From Nitrosopumilus sp. (GTDB lineage Archaea > Thermoproteota > Nitrososphaeria > Nitrososphaerales > Nitrosopumilaceae), in assembly GCA_965205215.1 (NCBI GenBank), contig OZ242041.1:1824001-1888000 (forward strand): a stretch of DNA of 64,000 nucleotides. Direction: 5' to 3'. The position numbers and the translations under genes were made by a program. Shown in pieces: positions 1 to 10,186 of this stretch (its first letter is position 1; each line of letters starts with the position of its first letter). The notes beneath the pieces are model-generated. The model saw only the letters and a program-made list of their open reading frames with translations. It did not search any database and had not been told where the DNA came from.

Positions 1-303
1 CACGTGCGGAATGCTTGCGTGCTCGAGGGCCGCCTTTGTAAGGACGGCAGGGGTCGGCTTGCCGTCAGGCGTGACGGGGATGCCCTTGATGGTCCTGCAG
101 TATCCGTAATGCAGGTATTCGGCGTCGGCAGGCGGCGTGAACTTGAACGAGTCCGCGTCGGCGCCGGCAATCGTAAGCCCGGGGACCTCGCAGGTGGACG
201 TATACGACATTACCATCGAGAACAGGAACCTGCCGGAGGCTACAGAGTCGACAAAGTCTGCACCCCTGCGCTCGCTTCCGTGTATCCTCAGGCCGTCGTC
301 CAT
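1..303 (-). CDS. cobT: Archaeal nicotinate-nucleotide:dimethylbenzimidazole phosphoribosyltransferase (CobT-like), N-terminal part; runs off window start
   Basis: Not in the ORF track. Manual translation from ATG 303: MDDGLRIHGSERRG...SYTSTCEVPGLTIAGA...FTPPADAEYLHYG...PVTPDGKPTPAVLTKAAL, matching archaeal CobT motifs (IPGxTxAG, TPxADAE, PTPAxxT). Confidence 0.85.
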   Translation of the reverse strand, partial: MDDGLRIHGSERRGADFVDSVASGRFLFSMVMSYTSTCEVPGLTIAGADADSFKFTPPADAEYLHYGYCRTIKGIPVTPDGKPTPAVLTKAALEHASIPHV

Positions 304-378
304 GTCCGTTGCGCATCACCAGCCCGTTCGCGGCGCAGGCCGGCCCCCTCGCGTAAAGAACAGTGCGGCCGTGCGCGG

Positions 379-999
379 TCACCCCATGGTCATCCTTGTC
401 ACGAACTGCTCCTCGGATACCGGGCGCATCACAGGATTGCTCTGCTTTTGATCCCCAAGGGTGGACGTCGGCGAGGCCCCATAGTCGTGCCCCGGATACA
501 TTACAAGCGAGTCCTCAAGGTTTGCAAGTGTGCCGAATATGCTGTGGTACAGTTCGCGCGCGCTGCCGCCGGGCAGGTCGACGCGCCCGCACGCGCCCAC
601 AAACAGCGTGTCGCCGGTAAAGATCTTGCCGTCCCCGACCAGGCATATGCTGTCCTTTGAGTGGCCGGGGGTGTGCAGCACCTCGAGCGCCGAGTCCCCA
701 AACGTGACGGCGTCGCCGTGCCGCAGCGATACGTCGTGGGGCAGCTCGGACGCCTCGTGCTGCGCGACGGGGGCGCCCGTGGACTGGGCCATCTGCTCGT
801 TTCCCGTCGTGTGGTCAAAGTGGTGGTGCGTGTTCACGATATACCTGACGTTGAGCGAGTCGCGCTTGAGTATCAGATCCAGTTCCGCCAGATCCCAGGA
901 CGGATCTATTATGACCGCGTCCCCTGTGCCCACATCTGACACGACGTACGTAAAGTTCTGCATCCGGCCCACCGGCACCTGCTCTACTGCAACGGTCAT
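379..999 (-). CDS. MBL-fold metallo-hydrolase (glyoxalase II family)
   Basis: THHHFDHTTG, HTPGHS, FTGDTLF and YPGHDYG motifs. Start set at ATG 999, an ATGA overlap with the upstream stop. Confidence 0.9.
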   Translation of the reverse strand: MTVAVEQVPVGRMQNFTYVVSDVGTGDAVIIDPSWDLAELDLILKRDSLNVRYIVNTHHHFDHTTGNEQMAQSTGAPVAQHEASELPHDVSLRHGDAVTFGDSALEVLHTPGHSKDSICLVGDGKIFTGDTLFVGACGRVDLPGGSARELYHSIFGTLANLEDSLVMYPGHDYGASPTSTLGDQKQSNPVMRPVSEEQFVTRMTMG

Positions 1000-1676
1000 G
1001 AGACGATTCCTGCCTCCGCCTCCGGCGGGATGCCTATCTTTTCCGTATGCAGGGCGCCGGTCAGGTCGGGGCGCCTTGGAATGCCCTGCTTCATGCGGTG
1101 GAACGTGACGGTCATGTCGCACGCCGTATGCATGTTGGCAGTCTCCCCGGTCTGCGGGTCGAGCCCCGAGGGCACGTCTACTGCCATCTTGAACGGCCCT
1201 TGCTGCTCGTTGATGTACGCGATGGCCGACGAGTACGGCTCCCGTATGTCGCCCGTGATTCCGGTTCCGAATATCGCGTCTACAAGGACGTCAGGCGTGC
1301 TGCTTGGCGGCACAAACCCGGCGCCGCATGCCACCAAGGACACCGAACCGGGCATCCTCTCCAAGAGGGACCAGTTCCACCGGCTCTCCTCCGTCTTTAT
1401 CATATCGGGGCCGCCTAGCAGGTGCACTGCGGGACGAGCCCCGTACCCGGCAAGGTGCCGGGCAACTACCATCCCGTCGCCGCCGTTGTTTCCAAGGCCG
1501 GCGGCCACCAGAACGCGCTTGCCTGCCATGTCGTGCCCCCCGGCGCGTATGGCCTCCACCAGGCGCCTGGCGGCGGCGGCGCCGGCATTCTCCATCATGA
1601 ATTTTTTGAGAAAGCCCATGTCGTGCCCCCTGTTCTCGATGTCGTACATCTGAGACACCGTAATTGGCGGATCCAT
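996..1676 (-). CDS. nnrE: NAD(P)H-hydrate epimerase (YjeF N-terminal domain)
   Basis: MENAG, GxGNNGGDG, DAIFGTG and AVDVPSG motifs. Confidence 0.92.
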   Translation of the reverse strand: MDPPITVSQMYDIENRGHDMGFLKKFMMENAGAAAARRLVEAIRAGGHDMAGKRVLVAAGLGNNGGDGMVVARHLAGYGARPAVHLLGGPDMIKTEESRWNWSLLERMPGSVSLVACGAGFVPPSSTPDVLVDAIFGTGITGDIREPYSSAIAYINEQQGPFKMAVDVPSGLDPQTGETANMHTACDMTVTFHRMKQGIPRRPDLTGALHTEKIGIPPEAEAGIVS

Positions 1677-1809
1677 GGCGTGGTGGACGGGGGCGGCCAA
1701 ATTAAGCTTGCCAAGCATCGGCGGCGGGCGCTGTCACCCTCACCCCGGAATGCGGCCGCGGACAAAAACAGCCCTTAAGGAATTTAACGGGGCCCTTGGC
1801 AGTACAATC

Positions 1810-3030
1810 GTGAAGAGTGTCCTCACACTTGATGACTTTGACCTCAGGGGCAAGACCGTGCTTCTGAGGGTCGACATAAACTGCCCCATCGACCCCAACA
1901 CAATGGAGATCCTAGGCACGAAACGGATAGAGGAGGCGGCGGCCAGCCTAAAGTCGCTGCAGGATGCAAAGGTGGTGATCGCATCCCACCAGGGAAGGGT
2001 GGGCAACAACGACTATACCGGAATGTCAAGCCATGCGGAGGTGCTCCAGAAGGTGACCGGCCGCAGCATCAAATACGTGGAGGATGTGATGGGGGTGGCG
2101 GCCCAAAACGAGATACGCGACATGAAGGACGGCGACATCATACTGCTTGACAACCTCAGGTTCTGCGCGGAGGAGAACTATGAGTTTCCCCCCGAGGCCG
2201 CCGCCAAGACGATAATGGTCTCCAGGCTCTCAAAGCTGTTCGACGCGTGCGTCATGGACTCGTTTCCGAGCGCGCACAGGCAGCATCCGTCTATCGTGGG
2301 CTTTCCCCACGTGCTGCCGGCGTGCGCCGGCAGGATTGTGGAGCGCGAGGTCCAGAACCTCGACAACATAATGACGGTGGCAAAGGCCCCCCACGTGATC
2401 GTGCTGGGGGGCTCAAAGGTGCCCGACAGGCTCGAGGCCATAAAGATGCTGATAGAGAACGGCAGGGCCGACCACATACTGCTGACCGGGCTCATCGGAA
2501 ACGTGTTCCTGCGCGCGCAGGCAAGGATAAAGTCGTCGCTTGGGATAATGCGCGAGGAGGAGGCGGTGGCAAAGGCCCACGCGCTGATCGGCGAGTATCC
2601 CGACGTGTTTGCCACCCCCGTGGACGTGGCAATCGACAAGGACGGCGAGAGGGTCGAGATGGACGTCAGGGAGATGAGCAGGGGGGACAAGGTGTACGAC
2701 ATGGGCCCAAAGACGGTGGAGTACTATTCAAAGCTGATATCGGGCGCCGGCACCGTGTTCATAAGCGGGCCTGCGGGGTTCTTTGAGAACGAGAACTTTA
2801 GCTATGGGACAAACTCCCTGCTGAGGGCGGTCTCGGACTCCATGGCCACCACCATAGTCAGCGGCGGCCACCTGACCTCGGCGCTAAAGAATCTGGGGCT
2901 GACTGACAGGATAAACCACATCAGCACCGCCGGCGGGGCCCTCGTGCTGTACCTGACAGGCAAGCGCCTCCCCATGATAAGCGCGCTCGAGGATGCGGCC
3001 GCCAGGCACAGGAACCAGGGGCTCAGCTGA
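1810..3030 (+). CDS. pgk: Phosphoglycerate kinase
   Basis: LRVDINCP, SHQGR, LLDNLRF, GGSKV, SGGHL and STAGGA motifs. GTG start at 1810 about 25 nt after a TTTAAC box. Confidence 0.97.
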   Translation: MKSVLTLDDFDLRGKTVLLRVDINCPIDPNTMEILGTKRIEEAAASLKSLQDAKVVIASHQGRVGNNDYTGMSSHAEVLQKVTGRSIKYVEDVMGVAAQNEIRDMKDGDIILLDNLRFCAEENYEFPPEAAAKTIMVSRLSKLFDACVMDSFPSAHRQHPSIVGFPHVLPACAGRIVEREVQNLDNIMTVAKAPHVIVLGGSKVPDRLEAIKMLIENGRADHILLTGLIGNVFLRAQARIKSSLGIMREEEAVAKAHALIGEYPDVFATPVDVAIDKDGERVEMDVREMSRGDKVYDMGPKTVEYYSKLISGAGTVFISGPAGFFENENFSYGTNSLLRAVSDSMATTIVSGGHLTSALKNLGLTDRINHISTAGGALVLYLTGKRLPMISALEDAAARHRNQGLS

Positions 3031-3260
3031 ACGGGGTCTGCCCCAGAGGGCGGCGGCAGCGGCAGGGAATACGAGGATTCGAGATCAGCCGCATTGAGGT
3101 GTCATCTAGCTGCAGGGGTGATAGCTGCAGAGACACTCTATTTCCGAGTGAATTCGAGAAGTCGTCTTGATAAAGACGGGTCAAATGACACCCATTGACC
3201 GCATCCAGAATGCAGAGCTTGCAGGAAAACTTATGAGCATGCCGCTGTTAGGCCGAGTGA

Positions 3261-5762
3261 TTGAGAGCCGGTATTTTGATGGCATCTCTGGTTGTTTTTG
3301 CCATGGCTGCGACAGCCGGTGCCCTTCCAGCTGATGCTCACCATGACGACGATACGTCCAGTGACAGCAGTGACCCAAAAATAGCAGTCTATGGAGATGA
3401 CGCCTATGTTACTTGGACAGAGAGCGTCAACTCCCAATTTGGAGACGTCTACTTTGTAAAAATCACCGGCGGCGAGTCGGTGGGAGAGCCAGTAAACGTC
3501 ACCAACGGGGAGTCGTTTTACCCGCGGCCCCAGATTCACGTAGCCGGAGAAAATATCTATCTGCTGTGGGAGGACAGGGCGACCAGCGACGGCAATGACC
3601 GGATGTTTTTTGCAAAAAGTAACGACGGGGGAGAGTCGTTTAGCAAGCCAAGAACCGTCCCCGAAGATAGCCGGTCCATCTACCGGCCATTCTCGATACA
3701 CCAGGTAAATGACACCGTGTACCTGTTTGGCAGAAACTGGAATCTAGACACCCAGCAGAACAGTGTCTTCTTTGCGACAAGCAACGACTTTGGGGACACG
3801 TTTTCAAAACCGACAACCCTGTTCAACCATGAGCAGTCCGATCAGAGAATCCAGGTTCAGGCGCACGATGGCACAATCTACATCCTCTCCGATGACAGGG
3901 GCGACTTTGATGAGAAGGGCTCGATATACCTTAGAAAAATCCTGCCTGACGGGACGCTGACTGGCCTGGTCAACGTCAACGGTGGCAAGACCGCCGTGAC
4001 CCGCCCCCAGTTTGCAGTATCCGGGGAAGACGTCTACGTATCGTGGAGGGACCGGGTTTCTGAGAAAGGAAGCTACGGAGCAACTGAGAGGTGGTACCCT
4101 GCATTTACAAAAAGCCACGACTCCGGAGAGTCCTTTGATGACCCGGTAATTTTGGAGTCGGATCCCAAGTCCATCGACACCGTGGGTATGGGCGGGGGGT
4201 CTGTCTTTGCCCACGGCAGCTCAGCATACGTACTGTGGAGATCAGAGTATTATGACGGCACGACGCAGAGTTTCAAGACGTTTCTGGCGCAAAGCCATGA
4301 CAGGGGCAGGCACTTTGAAGCCCAGCAGGTACCGCTCAATGACAAGATACTAGAGCACGGTTACATCCTAACAGGGCTGGACAATAACGGCCTCCATCAC
4401 ATTGCAGTCACCGTCAAAAATCCGCCGTTTAATGATGCGGCAGTATATTTTTCCACATCGAAGTCGGATGCACGCGGTGCCCCAGTAGACATATTGAAAG
4501 ACGTCCCAACCCAGATCGGCTGGATGCCGGATTTTGAATCAAGTGGGAGTGACATCTATTTTGTGACAGAAGGCAGCAACAACCAAAACTGCATCCTCTA
4601 CTCATACAGCAGCGACGGAGGAAAGTCGTTCAGTGACGTGGTAAACATCAGCCCAAATGGCACCCCGAAGGAATGCCTCGGGGTTGGAGAAGAAATAGAG
4701 ACACCAAAGAAACAGGCAGACCTTGGGGTGAAAATCGAAGACGTCCGGTGCAGTGAGGACCGCGCAAAGGGGTACATACTCGCCCTGCGGGAGCGCGACG
4801 GCGGTCCGATCTGCGTCACGTCTTCCAGCTATGATGCAATGCTTGAGAGAAAGGTAATAGACGAGGAGTCATTTGAGACGCTGGCCCTGAGTGCCGCAAG
4901 GAACTACCTGCTGTCCCATCCAGAAATTTCCGCAAACATTGTGGAGGACTCGCTGGAGCTGGAAACATACATGACCAGGCACTCCATACCCCCCGCCTTT
5001 ATAATCCGGGGCTCCTTTGAGACGGCATCCCCGGTGTATGACTATGATGTAGACCCCCTCAGCCACGATGTCGAGATCACGCTGGTACGAAACAACAAGA
5101 TCCACCTTGCAACGATCGACCGGGTGCATTCCCTGCTGGAGCCAGGCACGGGAGAGGAAGGACATCCGGGAGTGGGCACCATCGTATCCCCCACAATCAA
5201 AACGATACTGTCCCCGGGGGACAGGCTAAACGACAGGGGACTGGTCCCCCTGGTGATTACCGAGGTGTCTCAGGGGGGGTACCCGGATATAGCACACTGG
5301 ACCTTCCAGTCAATCGGACACCGCGGAGACGGCAGGGACACAGAATGGGTATTTTTGCCCGACCAATACGAAGTCAACGAGACGGTGGATCAGGAAGGAA
5401 ATGACGCAATAGACCGGTGGAGGACGCATGAAGGCGTGTTCGTTCCCGGCATGCTGCTTCTGTTTCCTGCCATATGCGAGGGCCGTGAGCGAATAGAGGG
5501 CGAGTCCGGATGGCACTACACCCTGCCTACAAGGACCGACGCGTCTGAGATTTACTTTAGGTCAACAGACAGGGGAATCTATCCCGATGAAAACGGGGTC
5601 TACGACATTCGGTTTGTCTCAATGTTCAAACCCGAGGTGGAACTGCTCCCGAACATGGAGGCATCCATAAACAAGACCGTTCTGTGTCCGCTTGAGGAGT
5701 CGAGGAATGATGCAACGCATGCATACTATACCCATTTGCAATACAGAATAGCCAGCGATTGA
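3261..5762 (+). CDS. Large secreted BNR/Asp-box (sialidase-like beta-propeller) protein with additional C-terminal domains
   Basis: N-terminal signal peptide; five Asp-box motifs (SNDGGESF, SNDFGDTF, SHDSGESF, SHDRGRHF, SSDGGKSF); visibly lower GC than its flanks. Confidence 0.8.
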   Translation: MRAGILMASLVVFAMAATAGALPADAHHDDDTSSDSSDPKIAVYGDDAYVTWTESVNSQFGDVYFVKITGGESVGEPVNVTNGESFYPRPQIHVAGENIYLLWEDRATSDGNDRMFFAKSNDGGESFSKPRTVPEDSRSIYRPFSIHQVNDTVYLFGRNWNLDTQQNSVFFATSNDFGDTFSKPTTLFNHEQSDQRIQVQAHDGTIYILSDDRGDFDEKGSIYLRKILPDGTLTGLVNVNGGKTAVTRPQFAVSGEDVYVSWRDRVSEKGSYGATERWYPAFTKSHDSGESFDDPVILESDPKSIDTVGMGGGSVFAHGSSAYVLWRSEYYDGTTQSFKTFLAQSHDRGRHFEAQQVPLNDKILEHGYILTGLDNNGLHHIAVTVKNPPFNDAAVYFSTSKSDARGAPVDILKDVPTQIGWMPDFESSGSDIYFVTEGSNNQNCILYSYSSDGGKSFSDVVNISPNGTPKECLGVGEEIETPKKQADLGVKIEDVRCSEDRAKGYILALRERDGGPICVTSSSYDAMLERKVIDEESFETLALSAARNYLLSHPEISANIVEDSLELETYMTRHSIPPAFIIRGSFETASPVYDYDVDPLSHDVEITLVRNNKIHLATIDRVHSLLEPGTGEEGHPGVGTIVSPTIKTILSPGDRLNDRGLVPLVITEVSQGGYPDIAHWTFQSIGHRGDGRDTEWVFLPDQYEVNETVDQEGNDAIDRWRTHEGVFVPGMLLLFPAICEGRERIEGESGWHYTLPTRTDASEIYFRSTDRGIYPDENGVYDIRFVSMFKPEVELLPNMEASINKTVLCPLEESRNDATHAYYTHLQYRIASD

Positions 5763-5949
5763 CCCTCACGGGCATAGCTTGGAATGGGACTGCCAAGTTG
5801 ACGTGCGATGGCGTATTCGTAATCACACACGAACTTGACACCCTCACAAGTATATTATATCGTTGTAAAAAAGAACTCAAGCTCGGAGTGACCCACTAGA
5901 ACATCAACGACGTCGAGGAGACGTTTTTGCGATTGGCGCCGCTCTGCAT

Positions 5950-6345
5950 TCAGGTTCCTAGTGGCGCCCCGCAGCCGGGATTAGGGCACGTGCGCTCCTC
6001 TGCCCTTCCCAGATAGACGGTTTGGGAACAGGCGGCGCACTTCATCTCGTCCACCACGTCAAAGAGGCGCAGCCATATCGTGTTACAGTTCTGCGCTATG
6101 TTGCGCACAAGGCCCGACTCGCACAACGACGTAAAGTCGGATTCGACGTCGCACACGTCACACGCGTCGTCCACGACGCCTTTTTTGCGCATGATGTCCA
6201 GGACTTCGTCGTTCGTAAACCGGAGCTCGAAGTCGTTGAAATTCTCAAATATCGTGCGGCGCATCTCAAGGCCCAGCGCGGCGGCGTTGGTGCCGGAGGC
6301 AGGAGCGTCGTCGGTCCCTGCCGCCCTATCAGAGTCGCCGACCAT
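5950..6345 (-). CDS. Hypothetical protein with winged-helix-like core and C-terminal Zn ribbon
   Basis: CAAC...CPNPGC at the C-terminus; abuts the iscU stop as last gene of the suf operon. Confidence 0.75.
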   Translation of the reverse strand: MVGDSDRAAGTDDAPASGTNAAALGLEMRRTIFENFNDFELRFTNDEVLDIMRKKGVVDDACDVCDVESDFTSLCESGLVRNIAQNCNTIWLRLFDVVDEMKCAACSQTVYLGRAEERTCPNPGCGAPLGT

Positions 6346-6837
6346 CTAGTATAGTCCGGCAGCCTCTTCTTTTAGTCTGTCGATCGCCTCAGAAGACACG
6401 CCGGCATCCGCGGCGTCCGGGTCAGCGGAGCCTGAGCCCTGCATGTGACTTCCAAGATACGTGTACAGCGCCGACTTGAACACCTTCAGCGGCAGCAGCG
6501 CGCACTTTATGCGGACCGCCTGCAGGTGTTCCAACCCCAGCTCACCTAGTATGTCGTCCTTGCCGACTGCTCTCACCTCTTCCAGGCTCTTTCCCTTTGT
6601 GATCTCAGTCAGGACCGACGAGCACGCCATGCAGATTGCGCAGCCCTTGCCGTGGAACTTTATGTCTGAGACGGCGTCGTCGGATATGTTCATGTCTATG
6701 TCTATGCTGTCACCGCACAGCGGGTTTGCGTCATGAAACGTCACGTCGGGGTTCTCTATCTTGCCAAAGTTTGACGGATTCCTCGAATAGTCCACGATCA
6801 TCTCATGGTAGATGTCCGCGTTGCCGCCGCTGCTCAT
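6346..6837 (-). CDS. iscU: Fe-S cluster assembly scaffold, IscU/SufU family
   Basis: NPLCGD, GCAIC and RIKCALL carry the three conserved Cys. Confidence 0.92.
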   Translation of the reverse strand: MSSGGNADIYHEMIVDYSRNPSNFGKIENPDVTFHDANPLCGDSIDIDMNISDDAVSDIKFHGKGCAICMACSSVLTEITKGKSLEEVRAVGKDDILGELGLEHLQAVRIKCALLPLKVFKSALYTYLGSHMQGSGSADPDAADAGVSSEAIDRLKEEAAGLY

Positions 6838-8318
6838 TTTATGGATTCGTCCTCCCCTTTCTTGCCGCGCACCACAAACTTTTGCGCCACCATGTCAAGC
6901 GATCCCACCAGCGCGTCGATCTCGGAGGTTGTAGTGTACAGGTAAAAGCTCGCCCTTGACGTGGCCGCCACGTCGAGCTTTTCCATCAGTACCTGCGCGC
7001 AGTGGTGCCCCGACCGGAGCGCCACGCCGGCCCCGTCTATGATATACGCGACGTCGTGTGGGTGCACCGACTGGAAGTTAAACGAGATGACGCCGCCGCG
7101 CCTAGAGGCGTCCTTTGGCCCGTATATCTTAAGGTCCGGTATGGCCGACAGTTTCTCTAGCGCGTACCGCGTGAGGAGCATCTCGTGGCTTCTAACGTTC
7201 TCCATCCCGATCCGTTCAAGGTAGTCTATTGCGGCGCCCAGCCCTATCACGTCGGCGATGTTGGGCGTGCCGGCCTCGAACTTGTACGGCAGGTCGTTCC
7301 ACGTGGACTCGTACTTGTGCACCTCGCGTATCATGTCGCCGCCCCCGTGGAACGGCACCATCTCGCCCAGCATTCTCTTGCTTGCCCAGAGTACGCCTAT
7401 GCCGGTGGGTCCCAGCATCTTGTGGCCGGAAAATGCAAAAAAGTCGCACCCGAGCGACTCAATGTCGACTGGCATGTGCGGCACGGCCTGGGCGCCGTCC
7501 ACCAGCGTGGGGACGCCGGCAGCCTTGCACTTTGATATGATTGCATCGGCGTCCGTGATGGTGCCAAGTACGTTTGACACCAGGCTGAACGCGACCAGCC
7601 TCACCCTTCCAGTCTCAAGCAGCCTGTCCAGATCGTCAAGGATCAGCTCGCCGTTGTCGTCAATACTGACATATTCCAGGACAGCCCCTCTCTCTTCGGC
7701 CACGAGCTGCCACGGCACGATGTTGCTGTGGTGCTCGTATTCCGTAGTGACTATGATGTCGCCGGGCTTTACGTGTCCCCTCCCCCACGCGTACGCCACC
7801 AAGTTGATTGCCTCAGTGGTGCCGCGGACGAATATTATCTCCTGCCGGTCCTTGATGTTTACGAACTTGGCCACCTTGTCCCGGGCCGCCTCGTAGGCCT
7901 CGGTGGCCTCCTCGGCAAGCGCGTATACGGCCCTGTGGGTGTTCGCGTTGTACGTCCTGTAATAGTCGGCTATCGCGTCTATCACCTGCGTGGGCTTCTG
8001 CGTGGTGGCTGCATTGTCCAAGTATACCAAGGGCTTGCCGTCCCTGACAGTCCTGGCAAGTATCGGAAAGTCCCCTCGAAGATCCTCAAAGTTTACAGCA
8101 GGCTGCGCAGGGGGTTTTGTTTGCGAAGGGGGCTGTGTCTGTGGCTGCCGAGCATCATGCGGCGGCTGTTGCTGCTGAGGTTTTTGCTGCGGAGTTTGCG
8201 GCTGTGGTTGCTTTTGCGCATGCTGGAATCGCCGGCGCTGTCGATTCCGGCGGCGCGCCTTTTTGTTGTGCTGCTGCTGCTGTTGTTGGGATGATTGTTC
8301 ATTCTGAGTCGGGTCCAT
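6834..8318 (-). CDS. sufS: Cysteine desulfurase SufS with a Gln/Pro-rich N-terminal extension
   Basis: YLDNAATTQKP, FSGHKMLGPTG (PLP lysine) and RSGHHCAQ (catalytic Cys). Confidence 0.97.
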   Translation of the reverse strand: MDPTQNEQSSQQQQQQHNKKARRRNRQRRRFQHAQKQPQPQTPQQKPQQQQPPHDARQPQTQPPSQTKPPAQPAVNFEDLRGDFPILARTVRDGKPLVYLDNAATTQKPTQVIDAIADYYRTYNANTHRAVYALAEEATEAYEAARDKVAKFVNIKDRQEIIFVRGTTEAINLVAYAWGRGHVKPGDIIVTTEYEHHSNIVPWQLVAEERGAVLEYVSIDDNGELILDDLDRLLETGRVRLVAFSLVSNVLGTITDADAIISKCKAAGVPTLVDGAQAVPHMPVDIESLGCDFFAFSGHKMLGPTGIGVLWASKRMLGEMVPFHGGGDMIREVHKYESTWNDLPYKFEAGTPNIADVIGLGAAIDYLERIGMENVRSHEMLLTRYALEKLSAIPDLKIYGPKDASRRGGVISFNFQSVHPHDVAYIIDGAGVALRSGHHCAQVLMEKLDVAATSRASFYLYTTTSEIDALVGSLDMVAQKFVVRGKKGEDESIK

Positions 8319-8327
8319 GGCCGGTCA

Positions 8328-8687
8328 CTACGCCTCTACGTATATCTGTCCATCGTCCACTCTAACATTGTAGACCTGCACGGGCTTTTCGGCGGGGGGG
8401 TTCAGGGGACAGCCGGACTCCAAGTCAAACACAGAAAGATGCAGCGGGCAGCGCACCCCGTCGGGCCCCAGAAAACCCGTCGACAGGTCCGCGTCTTCGT
8501 GAGTGCACATCAGGTCAGTTGCGCGTATCGCCCCGCCCTGGTTTGCGACCAGCATCCTGCGGCCGCCCTCATGATCCTCAAATCTTTGCAGCGTCCCGTC
8601 TGCAACGTCGGAAAGCTGGCACACGCGGAGCCATCTTTTGCTGCCGGCGCCGCTGTCGCCGGCGCCGTCACCTGCGGCAGCGTCCAT
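8328..8687 (-). CDS. Rieske-type [2Fe-2S] ferredoxin
   Basis: CTH...CPLH Rieske ligands; between sufD and sufS. Start codon approximate. Confidence 0.9.
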   Translation of the reverse strand: MDAAAGDGAGDSGAGSKRWLRVCQLSDVADGTLQRFEDHEGGRRMLVANQGGAIRATDLMCTHEDADLSTGFLGPDGVRCPLHLSVFDLESGCPLNPPAEKPVQVYNVRVDDGQIYVEA

Positions 8688-8709
8688 GGCGCCGTTCCCG
8701 TCGCCGCCA

Positions 8710-10149
8710 TCAGCGGTACTTGTAGTGTTGCTCAATCTCCGCATCCTCGTTGTATCTGGTCTCCTCGACCTCGACGAACTTTGCAAGCTCCTCATCCGTA
8801 TTGATGCCAAGCTCGCGGCCCTCCCATTTTGACTCGATCAGGTATGCAATCCAGGCCCTTACCTGATACGACATCTTCCTGGACAGCGGCTCCAGGAACC
8901 CCTCGACGATGGTGCGCTCTGCCTCCTCCTTGCTGAGGCACCTCGACTGCAGGTAGAATATCTGCTCTTCGTCGATCTGGGCGACTGACGCCGAATGCGT
9001 GGCCTTGACGTCGTTTGTCAATATCTCCAGCCCGGGTATGGCGTCGGACTTGGCGTCGGGATCAAGCAGGATTGACCTGCCTGACAGAAACGAGTTTGAC
9101 TTTGTCGCGTTCTCCCTTATGCGTATCATGCCCTTGAACAGTGACTTGGACTTGTCGCGCAGGATGGACTTTTCGACAACCCTGCCCTCGGTCGCGGGGC
9201 TCTCGTGGTTCACCTCGGTCTGGATGTCAAAGGACTGGTCCGCGTTGCCGAACACCACCTCCGAGTCGTTCGTAGACGCCCCGCTGCCGCGCAAAAAGTA
9301 GTCTATGCGGTACCTGCTCAGCTGGGCCCCGAAGAGTCCCGAATACCAGTTCACTTGGGCGTCCTGCGATAGGTCGGTAAGCCGGGTCGAGAAGTTGACG
9401 GCAGACTGGTCGAGCATCTGGAGTGTCGTCACGTCAAGGCGCGAGTTGGCGCCCACCGTCGTGTTGAGCATCTCCAGATATGACGGCTGCAGGGCCACGG
9501 GGGACGCAGAGCCGTCGCCGGGCCTTGGAGAGTACATCTCCTGTACGATGGTGGCCTTCGCCGAGTCCCCCATTGCAATGACGTTGCGTGATATTACAGA
9601 AGAGCCGTCTTGGGGCAGGCAGACCAGCGCGTATATGGGCCTGTCAATCTGGACCCCGTCGGGAACGTGTATGAATATCCCAGAGTTAAAGGCCGCATTG
9701 TTCAGCGCGGTGAACTTGTCACCCTCCGAGTCCGACGACTCGAGGGCGGCGCGTATGGCCGATTCGCTGTTGCCGTCGTTTAGCGCGTCATATATGGAGC
9801 TGACCACGACGCCCTTGGCCGCCGCGTCGTCAGGAACGTTGACGCGGGCAATGCGGGTGCCCACCTGTATGATCGACACCTCGTCCTTCAGTTCCTCAAT
9901 CCGGCGTCTCAAGAACGCGGGCTCGGCGTCTGATGCGGACATGCCAGGCGGCAGCAGTACCTGTGCGGGATCAAGCCTCCTGGCGTCGGTATACTTGTTG
10001 TACAATGGCGAGGTCTCAAGCGGCAGCCGGCCGTACGCCTCAAACGAGCTGCGCCTGTACTCTTGAAGCCACTGCGGATCGCGCCTCTGGGCGGATATCG
10101 CGTCTATATGTGACTTGTCAAGTTCGGACAGCTTTTGAAGTGTGGACAT
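8710..10149 (-). CDS. sufD: Fe-S assembly protein SufD (SufBD family)
   Basis: FTALNNA, AIPGLEI..NDVKATHSASV and IFYLQSR motifs. Confidence 0.93.
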   Translation of the reverse strand: MSTLQKLSELDKSHIDAISAQRRDPQWLQEYRRSSFEAYGRLPLETSPLYNKYTDARRLDPAQVLLPPGMSASDAEPAFLRRRIEELKDEVSIIQVGTRIARVNVPDDAAAKGVVVSSIYDALNDGNSESAIRAALESSDSEGDKFTALNNAAFNSGIFIHVPDGVQIDRPIYALVCLPQDGSSVISRNVIAMGDSAKATIVQEMYSPRPGDGSASPVALQPSYLEMLNTTVGANSRLDVTTLQMLDQSAVNFSTRLTDLSQDAQVNWYSGLFGAQLSRYRIDYFLRGSGASTNDSEVVFGNADQSFDIQTEVNHESPATEGRVVEKSILRDKSKSLFKGMIRIRENATKSNSFLSGRSILLDPDAKSDAIPGLEILTNDVKATHSASVAQIDEEQIFYLQSRCLSKEEAERTIVEGFLEPLSRKMSYQVRAWIAYLIESKWEGRELGINTDEELAKFVEVEETRYNEDAEIEQHYKYR

Positions 10150-10186
10150 TGCATATCAACTCACAGGCAACGGGCAGGCACGACGG

